From Pontiella sp. (GTDB lineage: Bacteria > Verrucomicrobiota > Kiritimatiellia > Kiritimatiellales > Pontiellaceae), in assembly GCA_050290185.1 (NCBI GenBank), contig JBNKHE010000001.1:450713-514712 (forward strand): 64,000 bases of DNA. The letters run 5' to 3'. Below are positions 8,258-18,909 of this stretch, piece by piece. The position numbers and the translations under genes were made by a program. Positions within the stretch are counted from its first letter, which is position 1. The number at the start of each line of letters is the position of its first letter. The notes under the pieces are model-generated. The model was not told the origin of the DNA, made no database searches, and was given only the letters and a program-made list of their open reading frames with translations.

Positions 8258-9517
8258 ATGGCTTTAGACCTAACCAAACACCCCTGCTTCAACCCCGATG
8301 TCAAAGGCAAGTATGGCCGCGTGCATGTACCGGTGGCTCCGAAGTGCAACATCCAGTGCGGCTACTGCAACCGCAAGTATGATTGCGTGAACGAAAGCCG
8401 TCCTGGCGTCACCAGCAACGTGCTGTCCCCCGGACAGGCGGCCTACTATGTTTCGCAGCTCGTCGACATGAAGAAGCCGATCTCCGTTGTCGGCATCGCC
8501 GGCCCGGGCGACCCCTTCGCCAATCCGGAAGAGACCATGGAAACGCTGCGGCTCATCCGCAAGCGCCATCCCGACATGCTGTTGTGCGTCTCCACCAACG
8601 GCCTCGGCGTCGGCCCATACATCCCCGAGCTGGCCGAACTGAAAGTCAGCCACATCACGATCACGTTCAACGCCATCGATCCGGAAGTCGGCAAGAACAT
8701 CTACCCATGGATCCGCGACGGCAAGAAGCCGCTGCGCGGACTCGAAGGTGCGGAACTCCTGTTGCAGCGCCAGATCCAGGCCATGAAATCCATCAAGGCT
8801 CACGGCCTGACGCTCAAGGTCAACACCATCCTGATCCCCGGCGTGAATGATCATCATATCGGCGACGTCGCCGAATTCGTGAAGGCCGAAGGCGCCGACC
8901 TGCACAACATTATTCCGATGTGCCCCGTGGAAGGCACCCTATTCGAGAATCTGGAGGAGCCGACGCCCGCGATGATCCACGCCGCCCGCGAACTCGCGGG
9001 CGCCCACCTGCCGCAAATGACCCACTGCCAGCGCTGCCGTGCCGATGCGTGCGGCCTGCTGGCCGAGGGCACCACCCAGGAAACCTTGGAAATGATTCAG
9101 GACGCCGCCAACGCCCCCATCACGCCCGACGAAAACCGTCCCTACGTCGCCGTTGCCACCCGCGAAGGCATACTGGTGAACGAGCATCTCGGGGCAGCCG
9201 AAACCCTCACCATCTTTGCCGAACAGGACGGTGACTTTGCCGAAATCGAAACACGCATCACCCCCTATCCCGGCGGCGGAGACGAACGCTGGAGCAAGCT
9301 GGCCGAGCTCACCTCCGACTGCAAGGCCCTGCTGGTGTCCGGCGTCGGCCCCAGGCCCACGCGCATCCTCGAAAAGTCGGGACTGAAAGTCATTGTGATG
9401 GAAGGTTTGATCGACGAAGCACTTGTCAAAATCCAGTCCGGCCAGGAAATCCGCTCGCCCATCCGCAAGACCAAGTGCGGCGACAAATGCTCCGGAAGCG
9501 GATCAGGCTGCGGATAA
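8258..9517 (+). CDS. nifB: Radical SAM FeMo-co biosynthesis protein NifB with C-terminal NifX-like domain
   Basis: HPC, CNIQCGYCNRKYDC, ESRPG, AGPGD, TITFN, CQRCRADA. Confidence 0.96.
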   Translation: MALDLTKHPCFNPDVKGKYGRVHVPVAPKCNIQCGYCNRKYDCVNESRPGVTSNVLSPGQAAYYVSQLVDMKKPISVVGIAGPGDPFANPEETMETLRLIRKRHPDMLLCVSTNGLGVGPYIPELAELKVSHITITFNAIDPEVGKNIYPWIRDGKKPLRGLEGAELLLQRQIQAMKSIKAHGLTLKVNTILIPGVNDHHIGDVAEFVKAEGADLHNIIPMCPVEGTLFENLEEPTPAMIHAARELAGAHLPQMTHCQRCRADACGLLAEGTTQETLEMIQDAANAPITPDENRPYVAVATREGILVNEHLGAAETLTIFAEQDGDFAEIETRITPYPGGGDERWSKLAELTSDCKALLVSGVGPRPTRILEKSGLKVIVMEGLIDEALVKIQSGQEIRSPIRKTKCGDKCSGSGSGCG

Positions 9518-9527
9518 AGAGATATCA

Positions 9528-9603
9528 AACGCAAAGGCGCAAAGCACACGAAGTTTCGCAAAGGAACCTCTGCGTAGCTTAGCGAACTTAGCGCCTTTGC
9601 GTT
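9528..9603. repeat. Palindrome of roughly 9-bp periodic units (CGCAAAG.../...CTTTGCG)
   Basis: aacgcaaaggcgcaaagcacacgaagtttcgcaaagg-aa-cctctgcgtagcttagcgaacttagcgcctttgcgtt. Confidence 0.7.
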
Positions 9604-9637
9604 AAATAAAATCAACAAACAACCAAGGGAAAACAAC

Positions 9638-9946
9638 ATGGCAATAGCAAAACCGGAAATGCACTTCTTCATCTGCAACTCGTACCGTGTGAGCGGACAG
9701 GCGCAGGGCGTATGCAACAGCAAGGAGGGCGGCGACCTGCTGGCCTATCTCGAAACCGAAATCCTCGACCGCGGCCTCGACGCCCAGGTGTCCGGCTGCG
9801 GCTGCCTGAAGGTCTGCACGGAAGGGCCCGTCATGGTCGTCTATCCGGAAGGAAAATGGTTCGGACAAGTCGACGAGGAAAAGGTCGACTCCATCCTCGA
9901 TGCCATCGAGGACGGAGGGGATACCAGCGAGTATGAACTCGACTAG
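9638..9946 (+). CDS. Thioredoxin-like [2Fe-2S] ferredoxin (nif-associated)
   Basis: [27 protein letters not shown]. Confidence 0.9.
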   Translation: MAIAKPEMHFFICNSYRVSGQAQGVCNSKEGGDLLAYLETEILDRGLDAQVSGCGCLKVCTEGPVMVVYPEGKWFGQVDEEKVDSILDAIEDGGDTSEYELD

Positions 9947-9978
9947 ACATCCATAAATATCCGTCGGGACCTCACGAT

Positions 9979-11079
9979 ATGGAAACACCCTATTTGATCG
10001 ATACCACTCTGCGCGACGGCGAGCAGATGCCGGGCACCGTATTCACGCGCGAGGAAAAACTGACCATCGCGACTGCGCTGGCGGAAGTCGGCGTGGGCGA
10101 GATCGAAGCGGGCATTCCCGTGATGGGTCCGACGGAACAGGACGATATTGAGGCCATTATCGCCCTGGATCTACCGTGCCGGATTACGGGCTGGTGCCGT
10201 GCGGCGATGGCCGACCTCGAAGCCGCCGAAGCCGCCGGATTGGATTCGGTCCATCTTTCCTTCCCAATGTCCAACCACCACTTCCGGGCGCTCGGCAAGG
10301 ATTCGAACTGGGTGTTCAACACGCTGGAAAAAGTCCTGCCGGAAGCATTGAAGCGTTTTTCATATGTGTCGATCGGTGCACAGGATTCGGCGCGGGCCGA
10401 CCATTCATTGCTACTGGCGTTTGCACAGCGGGTCCAAGGACTGGGCGGACATCGGTTGCGCATCGCGGATACGGTCGGCGTCATGAATCCGTTCCAAGCG
10501 GTAGACTTGTTCCGAGAACTGAAAACCGCGGCGCCAGAACTCCCGCTTGCCTTTCACGCCCACAACGATCTGGGCATGGCAACCGCCAACACGCTAGCTG
10601 CTATCGAAGGTGGCGCGGAGGCTGCCGACGTCACGGTGGCAGGCATCGGCGAGCGTGCGGGTAATGCGGCGTTGGAACAAGTCGCCTTGGCTGTTCCGGA
10701 ATTCGGACTGCACACGAGGACGCTCGCATCGCTGTGTGGTCTGGTGCTTGCGGCGGCAGGGATCGATGTCCCGGCCTGCGCCCCCATTATCGGAAAGAAC
10801 GTGTTCAGCCATGAATCCGGCATCCATGTGCATGCCGTGCTGAATCACCGCAACGCATACGAACCCTTCGCCGCAGCCGACATCGGCCGGACCGATGCTA
10901 CCAATATTGTGCTGGGCATTCATTCCGGCGAAGCCGCGCTGCGCCACGCCTTGAACCAGCTTAACATCAATCCCGGAAACGAACCGCTTGGCTGGCTGCT
11001 TAAGCGCATAAAAAACCATGCGTTGAAAACCAAACAATCGATCGGGCCGAGGGAGCTTAGATATTACTACTATGAATAA
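9979..11079 (+). CDS. nifV: Homocitrate synthase
   Basis: [43 protein letters not shown]; within the nif operon. Confidence 0.9.
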   Translation: METPYLIDTTLRDGEQMPGTVFTREEKLTIATALAEVGVGEIEAGIPVMGPTEQDDIEAIIALDLPCRITGWCRAAMADLEAAEAAGLDSVHLSFPMSNHHFRALGKDSNWVFNTLEKVLPEALKRFSYVSIGAQDSARADHSLLLAFAQRVQGLGGHRLRIADTVGVMNPFQAVDLFRELKTAAPELPLAFHAHNDLGMATANTLAAIEGGAEAADVTVAGIGERAGNAALEQVALAVPEFGLHTRTLASLCGLVLAAAGIDVPACAPIIGKNVFSHESGIHVHAVLNHRNAYEPFAAADIGRTDATNIVLGIHSGEAALRHALNQLNINPGNEPLGWLLKRIKNHALKTKQSIGPRELRYYYYE

Positions 11080-11290
11080 CCAGACGCCGTCCTGCCCGCA
11101 CTGCGGCTCGCATCAGCTTATCGCCCATCAGAATAGTCGCAGGGTTGTCATTACCCATACCGGATTACGGATTCCCCTGCTCACCGCCAACTATACTCTG
11201 GATCATCCGGTGATCGAGGAGCGCACCACCACCTACACGTGCTGCTGTTCATGGACAGGGGACGAAGCGGACATCACGTCGCACGGCTAG
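11072..11290 (+). CDS. Small putative zinc-ribbon protein
   Basis: CPHCG...TCCCSWTG; overlaps the nifV stop. Confidence 0.6.
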   Translation: MNNQTPSCPHCGSHQLIAHQNSRRVVITHTGLRIPLLTANYTLDHPVIEERTTTYTCCCSWTGDEADITSHG

Positions 11291-11300
11291 AATTACGCTT

Positions 11301-11316
11301 TGGTACACTTATTGCA
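11301..11316 (+). promoter_or_regulatory. sigma54 promoter upstream of NifA-like gene 1
   Basis: TGGTAC-actta-TTGCA. Confidence 0.75.
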
Positions 11317-11393
11317 TCTATATGCACATGCATGTGTGAATGCAGATTTATGCAACATATTTGTACGCGAACACCTAAAATGATGAACAGCAA

Positions 11394-12980
11394 ATGCCAA
11401 ATTGTAAGTTTGATGATCCCAAGCTCTGTGATGCCCGCCATATCAACGAACTCGAAACGCTGGCGAAAATTGCCCGCACCCTCTCCCGCAAATCGCAACA
11501 GGAAGAGGTTCTACTCGAAGTAATCGATGTGCTCGAGCGCAGCCACAATGTTCAGCGTGTGACCATCATGCTGCTGACTGTGGATGGCCGCGAGTTGCGT
11601 GTTGAGGCGGTCAAAGACCAAAAGGTTCAGCAGGCCGAAGGCAAGGCCTACCGGAAAGGCGAAGGCATTACCGGAAAGGTGCTCGAGACGGGACAGCCGA
11701 AGATTGTTCCGCTGGTTGCTGACGAGCCACGTTTCAAGGGCCGCCTGCATCACCGCTCCAACGAACCGCTAAGCTTTATCTGCGTTCCCCTTATCCTCGA
11801 TAACGAGACGGTCGGAACACTTTCCGCCGACTGCCCGGCCCGCGGTATCCCCGCGCTTGAGGAACTCCAGCGCTTCCTTTCAATCGCGGCGATCATCATC
11901 GCCAACGACGTCAGCGGACGGCGGATCGCCCGCATGGAGCGGCAGGCGCTTGAATCGGAAAACGTACGCCTGCGCGAGGCCATGATGGCCAAGTTCCAGC
12001 CGGAAAACATGATCGGAAACTCAAACCTGATGCATGCGGTTTATACCAGCATCCATCAGGTAGCCGCCACCGATACCACCGTGCTCATCCGTGGTGAATC
12101 GGGCACCGGCAAGGAGCTGGTCGCCTCGGCCGTCCACTACAGCAGCAACCGGGCAAAAAAGCCCTTTGTGAAAGTCAACTGCGCCGCGTTGAACGAAAAT
12201 CTGCTGGAGAGTGAGCTCTTCGGCCATGAAAAAGGCGCGTTTTCGGGCGCGCTTCAAACCCGTATCGGCCGGGTGCAGGAAGCCGAAGGCGGCACTCTGT
12301 TCCTTGATGAAATCGGCGATTTTTCACCCGCCATGCAGGTCAAGCTGCTACGCGTGCTCCAGGAGCGCACGTATGAGCGCGTCGGGAGCAACGAACAGCG
12401 AGTAGCCAACGTCCGCATTATTACCGCGACCAACGCCGACCTGGAAAACGCCATTGTTGAAAACCGGTTTCGGCAGGACCTGTTCTACCGCATCAATGTC
12501 TTCCCGATTCACCTTCCACCACTCCGCGCCAGACGAGACGACATCCTGCTGCTCACTAACTTTTTCATCAAGAAATACGGAGCCCAAATGGGCAGTGAAA
12601 TCCGGCGTATCAGCACCCCGGCCATCAATATGCTCATGGCCTATCATTGGCCCGGCAATGTCCGCGAACTGGAAAACACCATCGAGTATGCCGTACTCAT
12701 GGGCAAGGAGGATGGCGTGATCCACGGCCATGACCTCCCCCCCACGCTGCAAACCCCGGTCGCCATTGCGGCAACGGGCAGCATGAAACATACCCTCAAG
12801 GCCCGGGTCGCCACGCTGGAAAAGGATTTGATCGTCGACTCCCTCAAGCGCCACAACGGCACCATCAGCGCCGCGGCCCGCGAGCTTGGGATCACGGAAC
12901 GCATGGTGCGCTACAAGATCAAAAATCTCAAAATTGACTATGAAACCCTCTTCAAGAAACGGAAACGAAGGAAGAGCTAG
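11394..12980 (+). CDS. nifA: NifA-like sigma54 activator (GAF-AAA+-HTH)
   Basis: GAF ([13 protein letters not shown]), [34 protein letters not shown]-terminal HTH. Confidence 0.85.
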   Translation: MPNCKFDDPKLCDARHINELETLAKIARTLSRKSQQEEVLLEVIDVLERSHNVQRVTIMLLTVDGRELRVEAVKDQKVQQAEGKAYRKGEGITGKVLETGQPKIVPLVADEPRFKGRLHHRSNEPLSFICVPLILDNETVGTLSADCPARGIPALEELQRFLSIAAIIIANDVSGRRIARMERQALESENVRLREAMMAKFQPENMIGNSNLMHAVYTSIHQVAATDTTVLIRGESGTGKELVASAVHYSSNRAKKPFVKVNCAALNENLLESELFGHEKGAFSGALQTRIGRVQEAEGGTLFLDEIGDFSPAMQVKLLRVLQERTYERVGSNEQRVANVRIITATNADLENAIVENRFRQDLFYRINVFPIHLPPLRARRDDILLLTNFFIKKYGAQMGSEIRRISTPAINMLMAYHWPGNVRELENTIEYAVLMGKEDGVIHGHDLPPTLQTPVAIAATGSMKHTLKARVATLEKDLIVDSLKRHNGTISAAARELGITERMVRYKIKNLKIDYETLFKKRKRRKS

Positions 12981-13028
12981 CCTTTGCTCTTTGGACCAAC
13001 CCATCAACTAAACACGGAATTAATCCCC

Positions 13029-13469
13029 ATGGAAATTCGCACCGCGACCAAAGACGATATCCCGGCGATGGCAGAGCTTCTGCACCAGCTGTTTGCCATC
13101 GAGAGTGATTTTACTCCGGACTATCCGAAGCAGGCCAAAGGACTGGAACTGTTGATCGACCGACCGGCGGCAACGATCTTTGTGGCCGAGATCGATGGAT
13201 CCGTGGTGGGCATGTGTACGGCCCAGATTATCGTATCTACGGCTATGGGACAGGAAGTGGGTGCGGTGGAGGATGTCATTATAGATGTAGAATACCGGGG
13301 CAAGGGAATCGGTGCCGCGCTGATGCGGGCGATAGAAGCATGGGCCGTTCAAAAAAAGCTGGGCCGGCTGCAACTCCGGGCCGACAAGAATAATGGCCCC
13401 GCCCTTTGCTTCTATCGGCAACAGGGATGGAAACATACCAACCTGATTGGCTGGATGAAGTTTCTGTAG
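13029..13469 (+). CDS. GNAT family N-acetyltransferase
   Basis: IRTATKDDIP, YRGKGIGAAL, N.PALCFYRQQGW. Confidence 0.88.
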   Translation: MEIRTATKDDIPAMAELLHQLFAIESDFTPDYPKQAKGLELLIDRPAATIFVAEIDGSVVGMCTAQIIVSTAMGQEVGAVEDVIIDVEYRGKGIGAALMRAIEAWAVQKKLGRLQLRADKNNGPALCFYRQQGWKHTNLIGWMKFL

Positions 13470-13750
13470 AGATGCCGGACGACCTCGTCCACCCAGCCTT
13501 ATTCCAATGATCTACAACCCTGCTTCCTGCGCAGGTCCGCAACAACAGTATTCCCATGCGCGCATCAAAGATAGTATTTCAGGATTAAATCATCACTGAA
13601 GACGACGTTTTGAAATACCGCATGCGCTTAAGAGACCACACCTCCCCAGGACCTTCGATTTCTAGTAATTTCTACGAGCACGGACTTGCGTTCGAAACTC
13701 AGGTTATTTATGCTGTAGCAGTTAGGTCGATAGAACAGAGAGGATTCATT

Positions 13751-14119
13751 GTGGTACAGATTGCGGAAAAGGAATGGCAGACGCTCAAGAAGAAGCTGGG
13801 AGACGACGGCCGACTTGAAAAATTTACTCTCGGCGAACCCGAACAGGAGTACGTCACCTCTCGGGGAATGGATATCCTGCGCCTCCATGCAACCGACTTT
13901 GTCAACAAGCGGCTGGCTCCGGCCAATCCAAAAAACGATGGGCGTCAAACCCCGACCAAAGGACACCCGGTCTTCATTGCCCAGCATGCCTGTGGTTGCA
14001 ACGACCGCGCCAGCCTGGAAGAATTCTTCGGAATCGAAATGGGGCGGGAGCTCACCGAGAAAGAAGTGAATTTCGTTGTAGATGTGATCCTCAAGTGGAT
14101 CGAGGAACACCTTGATTAG
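13751..14119 (+). CDS. DUF4186-like protein
   Basis: RLAPANPKNDGRQTP.KGHPVFIAQHA; GTG start with SD gagga (start uncertain). Confidence 0.75.
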   Translation: MVQIAEKEWQTLKKKLGDDGRLEKFTLGEPEQEYVTSRGMDILRLHATDFVNKRLAPANPKNDGRQTPTKGHPVFIAQHACGCNDRASLEEFFGIEMGRELTEKEVNFVVDVILKWIEEHLD

Positions 14120-14143
14120 TTAATAGGGTATTCCCTGCATCAG

Positions 14144-14176
14144 AAAACCTTCCTTAAGCGGAAGGTTTTTCTTTTT
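14144..14176 (+). terminator. Rho-independent terminator
   Basis: aaaaccttcc-ttaagc-ggaaggtttt then tcttttt. Confidence 0.75.
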
Positions 14177-14210
14177 ATCGCCCCTTCTATTCGAATATTC
14201 TCTACCCACT

Positions 14211-15440
14211 ATGGAACCAGTAATTGTTAAGCGATCCGATCATAACATCAGCCGGAAGAACATCAGTTCTGCGGCGGTAAAGGTGCTCTATCATCTCAAG
14301 GATGAAGGCCACACCGCCTATCTGGCAGGAGGCGGAGTACGCGACCTGCTGCTCAAACGCAGTCCCAAGGATTTTGATGTCGTCACCGATGCTACCCCGG
14401 AGCAGATCCGCAAGATGTTCCGCAACTGCCGCCTGATCGGTCGGCGTTTCCGTCTAGCCCATATCCTGTTTCGCGGAGAGGTCATTGAAACCTCCACATT
14501 CCGCGCGCCCGTTCCCGAGGAAGAAAATGGTGACTATTGCGAAAATACCTTTCGCACCGGCGAAAGCGGAATGGTCATGCGCGATAACATCTTTGGAACA
14601 CCAGAGCAGGACGCATTGCGGCGCGACTTCACGATCAACGCCCTTTTCTACAACATTGCCAACTTTTCCGTGATCGACTACGCAGGCGGGCTGAAGGATC
14701 TGGACGCGAAGATAATTCGCGTCATCGGAGATCCCGACAAGCGCTTCGCAGAGGATCCGGTGCGCATGATCCGCGCCGCCCGTTTTGCCGGCACGCTTGG
14801 ATTTGACATTGAATCGAAAGCCTTCGATTCGATCTGCCGCAACAAGGATATGCTGGCTCAGGCTTCCTCCTCGCGCATGTATGAAGAGGTGCAAAAGCTC
14901 TTTTTCTGCGGTCATGCCAAAGAGGTCTTCCACTGGCTGGAGCGGAGCGATCTGCTGCACCCCATGTTTCACGATTTTTCCCATTGGATCGACGAAGACA
15001 AGGCTCGGCACGACTGGGTCATCCAGACGCTCGATCAGATGGATCGCTGGCGCAAAGCCGGCCTCCAGGTGCATCCTCCCTTGCTCTTCGCCCTGATATT
15101 CGGCGAATACCACGAATTTCTTGCTGACAAACTCGAAAAGGAGGGCCTATCGGCCCATGATGCCTGCAGACAGGCGGTTCAGCAGCACCTAACAGGTGTG
15201 TGCGAAAATGTGCGGATTCCAAAACAGGTCATCTATCAGGTTTCCGATATCATGGGAAACCAGTTGCGTTTCCACAAAACCCAGGGACACCGGGCGCAAC
15301 GCTTCCAGCATAGCCGCGGATTTCTGGATGCATTCCTCTACTTCAAGTTTTCCTCCAAAGCCCACAACCGAAATCTGGATTTACTCGATTTCTGGACGGA
15401 TCGCCACAAGAACCTGAAACATCGGGCTCCGCATAAATAA
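14211..15440 (+). CDS. pcnB: Poly(A) polymerase I
   Basis: GGGVRDLL, DFD, PAP signature LIGRRFRLAHI, RRDFTINAL, EDPVRMIRA. Confidence 0.9.
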   Translation: MEPVIVKRSDHNISRKNISSAAVKVLYHLKDEGHTAYLAGGGVRDLLLKRSPKDFDVVTDATPEQIRKMFRNCRLIGRRFRLAHILFRGEVIETSTFRAPVPEEENGDYCENTFRTGESGMVMRDNIFGTPEQDALRRDFTINALFYNIANFSVIDYAGGLKDLDAKIIRVIGDPDKRFAEDPVRMIRAARFAGTLGFDIESKAFDSICRNKDMLAQASSSRMYEEVQKLFFCGHAKEVFHWLERSDLLHPMFHDFSHWIDEDKARHDWVIQTLDQMDRWRKAGLQVHPPLLFALIFGEYHEFLADKLEKEGLSAHDACRQAVQQHLTGVCENVRIPKQVIYQVSDIMGNQLRFHKTQGHRAQRFQHSRGFLDAFLYFKFSSKAHNRNLDLLDFWTDRHKNLKHRAPHK

Positions 15441-15563
15441 CCGATTATAAACGGTGCGACAGCCGATTATCTAAAAACATCCTTGTTCGCCTCAGAACAT
15501 CTCTGTACATATTTGTAGCTCGTTTCTGTTTTGATACAGAAACCGATAAAGAAGGATAAAACC

Positions 15564-17096
15564 ATGACCAATAGTGAAAAGGAACTTAGCGTTCTATACA
15601 AAATTTCTCAGACTATTTCCGCGCGCCAGCACAATATTTCCGACTTGCTGAATGAGGTTCTTCAAACCATGTCGACGGACATGGGCTTGCTTCGCGGAAC
15701 ATTGGCCCTGCGCAAACCCGGAACGGATATCCTGAACATTGAAGCGTCGAGCGGACTTTCCACCAGCGAGATGCGACGCGGACAGTATCAGCTTGGAGAA
15801 GGAGTGACGGGACGGGTGGCACAGACCGGGAATGCGGCCATCGTGCCCGACATCTCCGAATCGACCGACTTCCTTAACCGCACCAAGGCTCGCAGTGATC
15901 AGAAAATAGCCTTTATCTGTGTCCCGATCGTTCACCACAAGGAAGTGGTCGGCACCATGAGCATCGACCTGCCGACCTGCGAAGACCAGGAACTTAAAGG
16001 TTATGCTCTCTTTCTCGAGCATGTCGCCCAGATTCTGGCCTCGGCCGTCTCCACGATCCGGGAGGAAATCGAAGAACGTCATGCGCTCGAATCCGAAAAC
16101 GAAATGCTGCGCCGCCAGCTGGGGGATCGCTACAGCATCGACAACATGGTCGGGAACTGCAACTCGATGCGAAGCGTGTATGAGCAGATCGTACAAGTGG
16201 CCAACAGCGCAGCAACCGTACTGGTGCGCGGAGAATCCGGCACCGGCAAGGAGCTGGTAGCCCGTGCCATTCACTTTAACAGCCCGCGCAAAAACAATGC
16301 ATTCGTCAGCGTCAACTGCGCAGCACTGCCCGAAAACCTGATCGAGAGCGAACTGTTTGGTCACGAAAAGGGCGCCTTCACCGGGGCGGCGCAACAGCGC
16401 AAGGGCCGCTTTGAACTGGCGAATGGCGGAACCATTTTTCTCGATGAAATCGGCGATATTTCCCCGGCGGTTCAGGTTCGCCTGCTGCGCGTTCTGCAGG
16501 AAAAAACCTTTGAGCGCGTCGGGGGTAATGAAACGATCGAAGTCAACGTGCGCGTCGTGGCGGCTACCAGCCGCAACCTCGAGGAAGGCATCGCCCAGCA
16601 AACCTTCCGGGAAGACCTGTATTATCGTCTCAACGTCTTCCCGATCCTGCTTCCGCCGCTACGTGAACGAAAATCCGATATCATGCTGCTGGCCGATCAC
16701 TTCCTTCAAAAGTACGGCAATATGTACGGCAAGAACATGAAACGTATTTCCACCTCCGCCATCAATATGATGATGGTCTACCACTGGCCCGGAAACGTCC
16801 GCGAGCTGGAAAACTGCCTGGAACGCGCAGTGCTAACCTCCGCCGATGGAGTGATCCACGGCTTCAACCTTCCGCCATCGCTGCAGACCAGCGAAGGGAC
16901 GCACACCAATCTGCTCCCTGAAAACGGCGCCAACCTCAAGCAGATGGTCGAAGCCTACGAACGCGAAATCCTTATCGATGCGCTGAAGAAATACCGGGGC
17001 AATGCAGCCGCCGTGGCACGCTATCTGGAAACCACGCAGCGCATTATCAACTACCGCATCAAAAATCTCGGCATCGAACCCAGAAACTATAAATAA
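15564..17096 (+). CDS. Second NifA-like sigma54 activator (GAF-AAA+-HTH)
   Basis: [38 protein letters not shown]; paralogue of 11394-12980. Confidence 0.88.
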   Translation: MTNSEKELSVLYKISQTISARQHNISDLLNEVLQTMSTDMGLLRGTLALRKPGTDILNIEASSGLSTSEMRRGQYQLGEGVTGRVAQTGNAAIVPDISESTDFLNRTKARSDQKIAFICVPIVHHKEVVGTMSIDLPTCEDQELKGYALFLEHVAQILASAVSTIREEIEERHALESENEMLRRQLGDRYSIDNMVGNCNSMRSVYEQIVQVANSAATVLVRGESGTGKELVARAIHFNSPRKNNAFVSVNCAALPENLIESELFGHEKGAFTGAAQQRKGRFELANGGTIFLDEIGDISPAVQVRLLRVLQEKTFERVGGNETIEVNVRVVAATSRNLEEGIAQQTFREDLYYRLNVFPILLPPLRERKSDIMLLADHFLQKYGNMYGKNMKRISTSAINMMMVYHWPGNVRELENCLERAVLTSADGVIHGFNLPPSLQTSEGTHTNLLPENGANLKQMVEAYEREILIDALKKYRGNAAAVARYLETTQRIINYRIKNLGIEPRNYK

Positions 17097-17225
17097 CCGA
17101 AGAATACGCTGCATAACGCAGATAAGGAAAAGTGATGGACGAGTTTCTTTACAAAAACGAATCCCACGCTATCCGGTCTGAATATCATGCTGCGGGTTTC
17201 TTCGAATTCTGCGCTAAAAACATAT

Positions 17226-18089
17226 ATGGAAATTGACCAGCTAATCGAATCCTTGGAATTCCGGTTTTCGGCCGCAGGGGTGGATAATGCCAAACGTGTT
17301 GCCGAAGAACTGCTGGCACACGTCTTCCACTGTAAACCGCTGGAAATCTACACCGGCGCGGTTCCCCGGCAGGCAACCACCCTTGAGCAGCTCGAGATCA
17401 TCAAGCGTCTCGAGCCTCTGGCGCAACGTGTCGAAGACGGCGAGCCGTTGCAATATGTCATTGGCCACGTCGACTTCTGGGGACTGGAAATAAAATGCGA
17501 TCCCCGGGCGCTTATTCCCCGGCCCGAAACCGAACTGCTGGTCGAGGAAGTTCTAAGCTCCGGCATTTGGCATAACGGGCCTGCCACCGTCGTGGATGTG
17601 GGCACCGGAACCGGGTGTATCGTTTTGACGCTGGCCCAGCAAAGACCGGATGCCAACTTCAAAGCGGTCGACCAATCATCCGAAGCACTGGATCTGGCCC
17701 GCGAAAACGCGAAATTAAACGGATTGGGCAACCGCATACTCTGGCTGGTCGGGGACCTGCTGGAAGGTTTTGCCGAGAAAAGCGCAGATGCCCTCGTGGC
17801 CAACCTTCCCTACATTGCAACCGGCGACTGGAAAGAACTTTCTTCCTCCGTTCGCGACCACGAACCGCGTTCAGCATTGGACAGCGGCCCCAGTGGAATG
17901 GAACTGATCAAGCAGCTGGCCACGCAGGCCCGCTATGTCCTCGTGCCCAACGGCATGCTATTCCTCGAATTCGGCTACGATCAGGGGGAATCCGTCCGAC
18001 TTTGCCTTGAACAACTCGGATACCGTAAAATTCAGATCAAGCACGACCTCGCCGGCCACGACCGCATCGCCATTGCCGAGAACCCGTAG
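17226..18089 (+). CDS. prmC: Release factor glutamine methyltransferase
   Basis: EPLQY, LIPRPETE, DVGTGTG, NLPY, DLAGHDR. Confidence 0.92.
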   Translation: MEIDQLIESLEFRFSAAGVDNAKRVAEELLAHVFHCKPLEIYTGAVPRQATTLEQLEIIKRLEPLAQRVEDGEPLQYVIGHVDFWGLEIKCDPRALIPRPETELLVEEVLSSGIWHNGPATVVDVGTGTGCIVLTLAQQRPDANFKAVDQSSEALDLARENAKLNGLGNRILWLVGDLLEGFAEKSADALVANLPYIATGDWKELSSSVRDHEPRSALDSGPSGMELIKQLATQARYVLVPNGMLFLEFGYDQGESVRLCLEQLGYRKIQIKHDLAGHDRIAIAENP

Positions 18090-18119
18090 CCGTTCCAGAC
18101 CAAGCAAGCATGGGGAAGA

Positions 18120-18287
18120 ATAATCGTCTGCGTGATCACATTTATCGCCTTCATCTTCGATCAGCGACTGGTCTCCCTGGTTGGGAAAAGCGGCTTGAGC
18201 ATCATCACGCGCCTGATGGGACCGATTCTCGCCGTGTTCGGCATGCAGCTGCTTACAAACGGTGTAATGAACATTGTGCATGGATGA
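18120..18287 (+). pseudogene. C-terminal fragment of a MarC-family membrane protein
   Basis: IIVCVITFIAFIFDQRLVSLVGKSGLSIITRLMGPILAVFGMQLLTNGV* matches the MarC C-terminal G..G..I.TRLMG.IL...G.Q pattern; no start codon or N-terminal part. Confidence 0.65.
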
Positions 18288-18288
18288 T

Positions 18289-18909
18289 ATGGCCTTGAAT
18301 AAAACAGACCGCCTTCGGGTTCGATTTTCGCCGAATGACCGGGTCGAATTCAATTACAGGAACCGCCGCTTGACGGGATTGATTATTCGCACCAATCCCA
18401 AGCGCGCCGTGGTGCGCATAGAGGAAGACGAGTTCACCGTACCCTATGAGCGCCTCATTGCTCTGGGAGATGCCGCCGAACAGCGGGAACAACGTCTCAA
18501 TTCGATCCTCCAACTCGCATGGAACCTGATGGACAGACACGGGCTTCAAGGCTGGCGTTTTCAATTCGACCATTCCACCCGCCGGGCGGGCTGCTGCAAC
18601 TATCATGACCAATTGATTTCCATCTCCTTCGATCTCGCCCGCAGCGGCTCCGAAACCGATATCCGCGATACGATCCTGCACGAAATCGCCCACGCACTCG
18701 TAGGCAAGAAACACAATCACGATGCCGTCTGGAAGGACAAGGCCAGAGAAATCGGCGGCTCCGGAGAACGTACCCACCGAATGGAGTTTTCACCACCACG
18801 CTGGAAGGTACGCTGCGAAAACCACTGCTGGTCACATACCGCCCAGCGTCGGAACCGCCGGCTGGTTTGCCGCAAGTGCGGCGGAAAGCTCGTTTATTCA
18901 GCCTGCTGA
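18289..18909 (+). CDS. SprT-like zinc metalloprotease with N-terminal beta-barrel-like domain
   Basis: RRAGCC, TILHEIAHAL, HDAVWK, C-terminal CRKCGG (start uncertain). Confidence 0.85.
   Translation: MALNKTDRLRVRFSPNDRVEFNYRNRRLTGLIIRTNPKRAVVRIEEDEFTVPYERLIALGDAAEQREQRLNSILQLAWNLMDRHGLQGWRFQFDHSTRRAGCCNYHDQLISISFDLARSGSETDIRDTILHEIAHALVGKKHNHDAVWKDKAREIGGSGERTHRMEFSPPRWKVRCENHCWSHTAQRRNRRLVCRKCGGKLVYSAC

Noticed and set aside
11239..11523. Cys/Met-rich ORF before nifA as a leader peptide
   Set aside because: Overlaps the promoter and nifA out of frame; no SD; composition is explained by the AT-rich palindromic DNA
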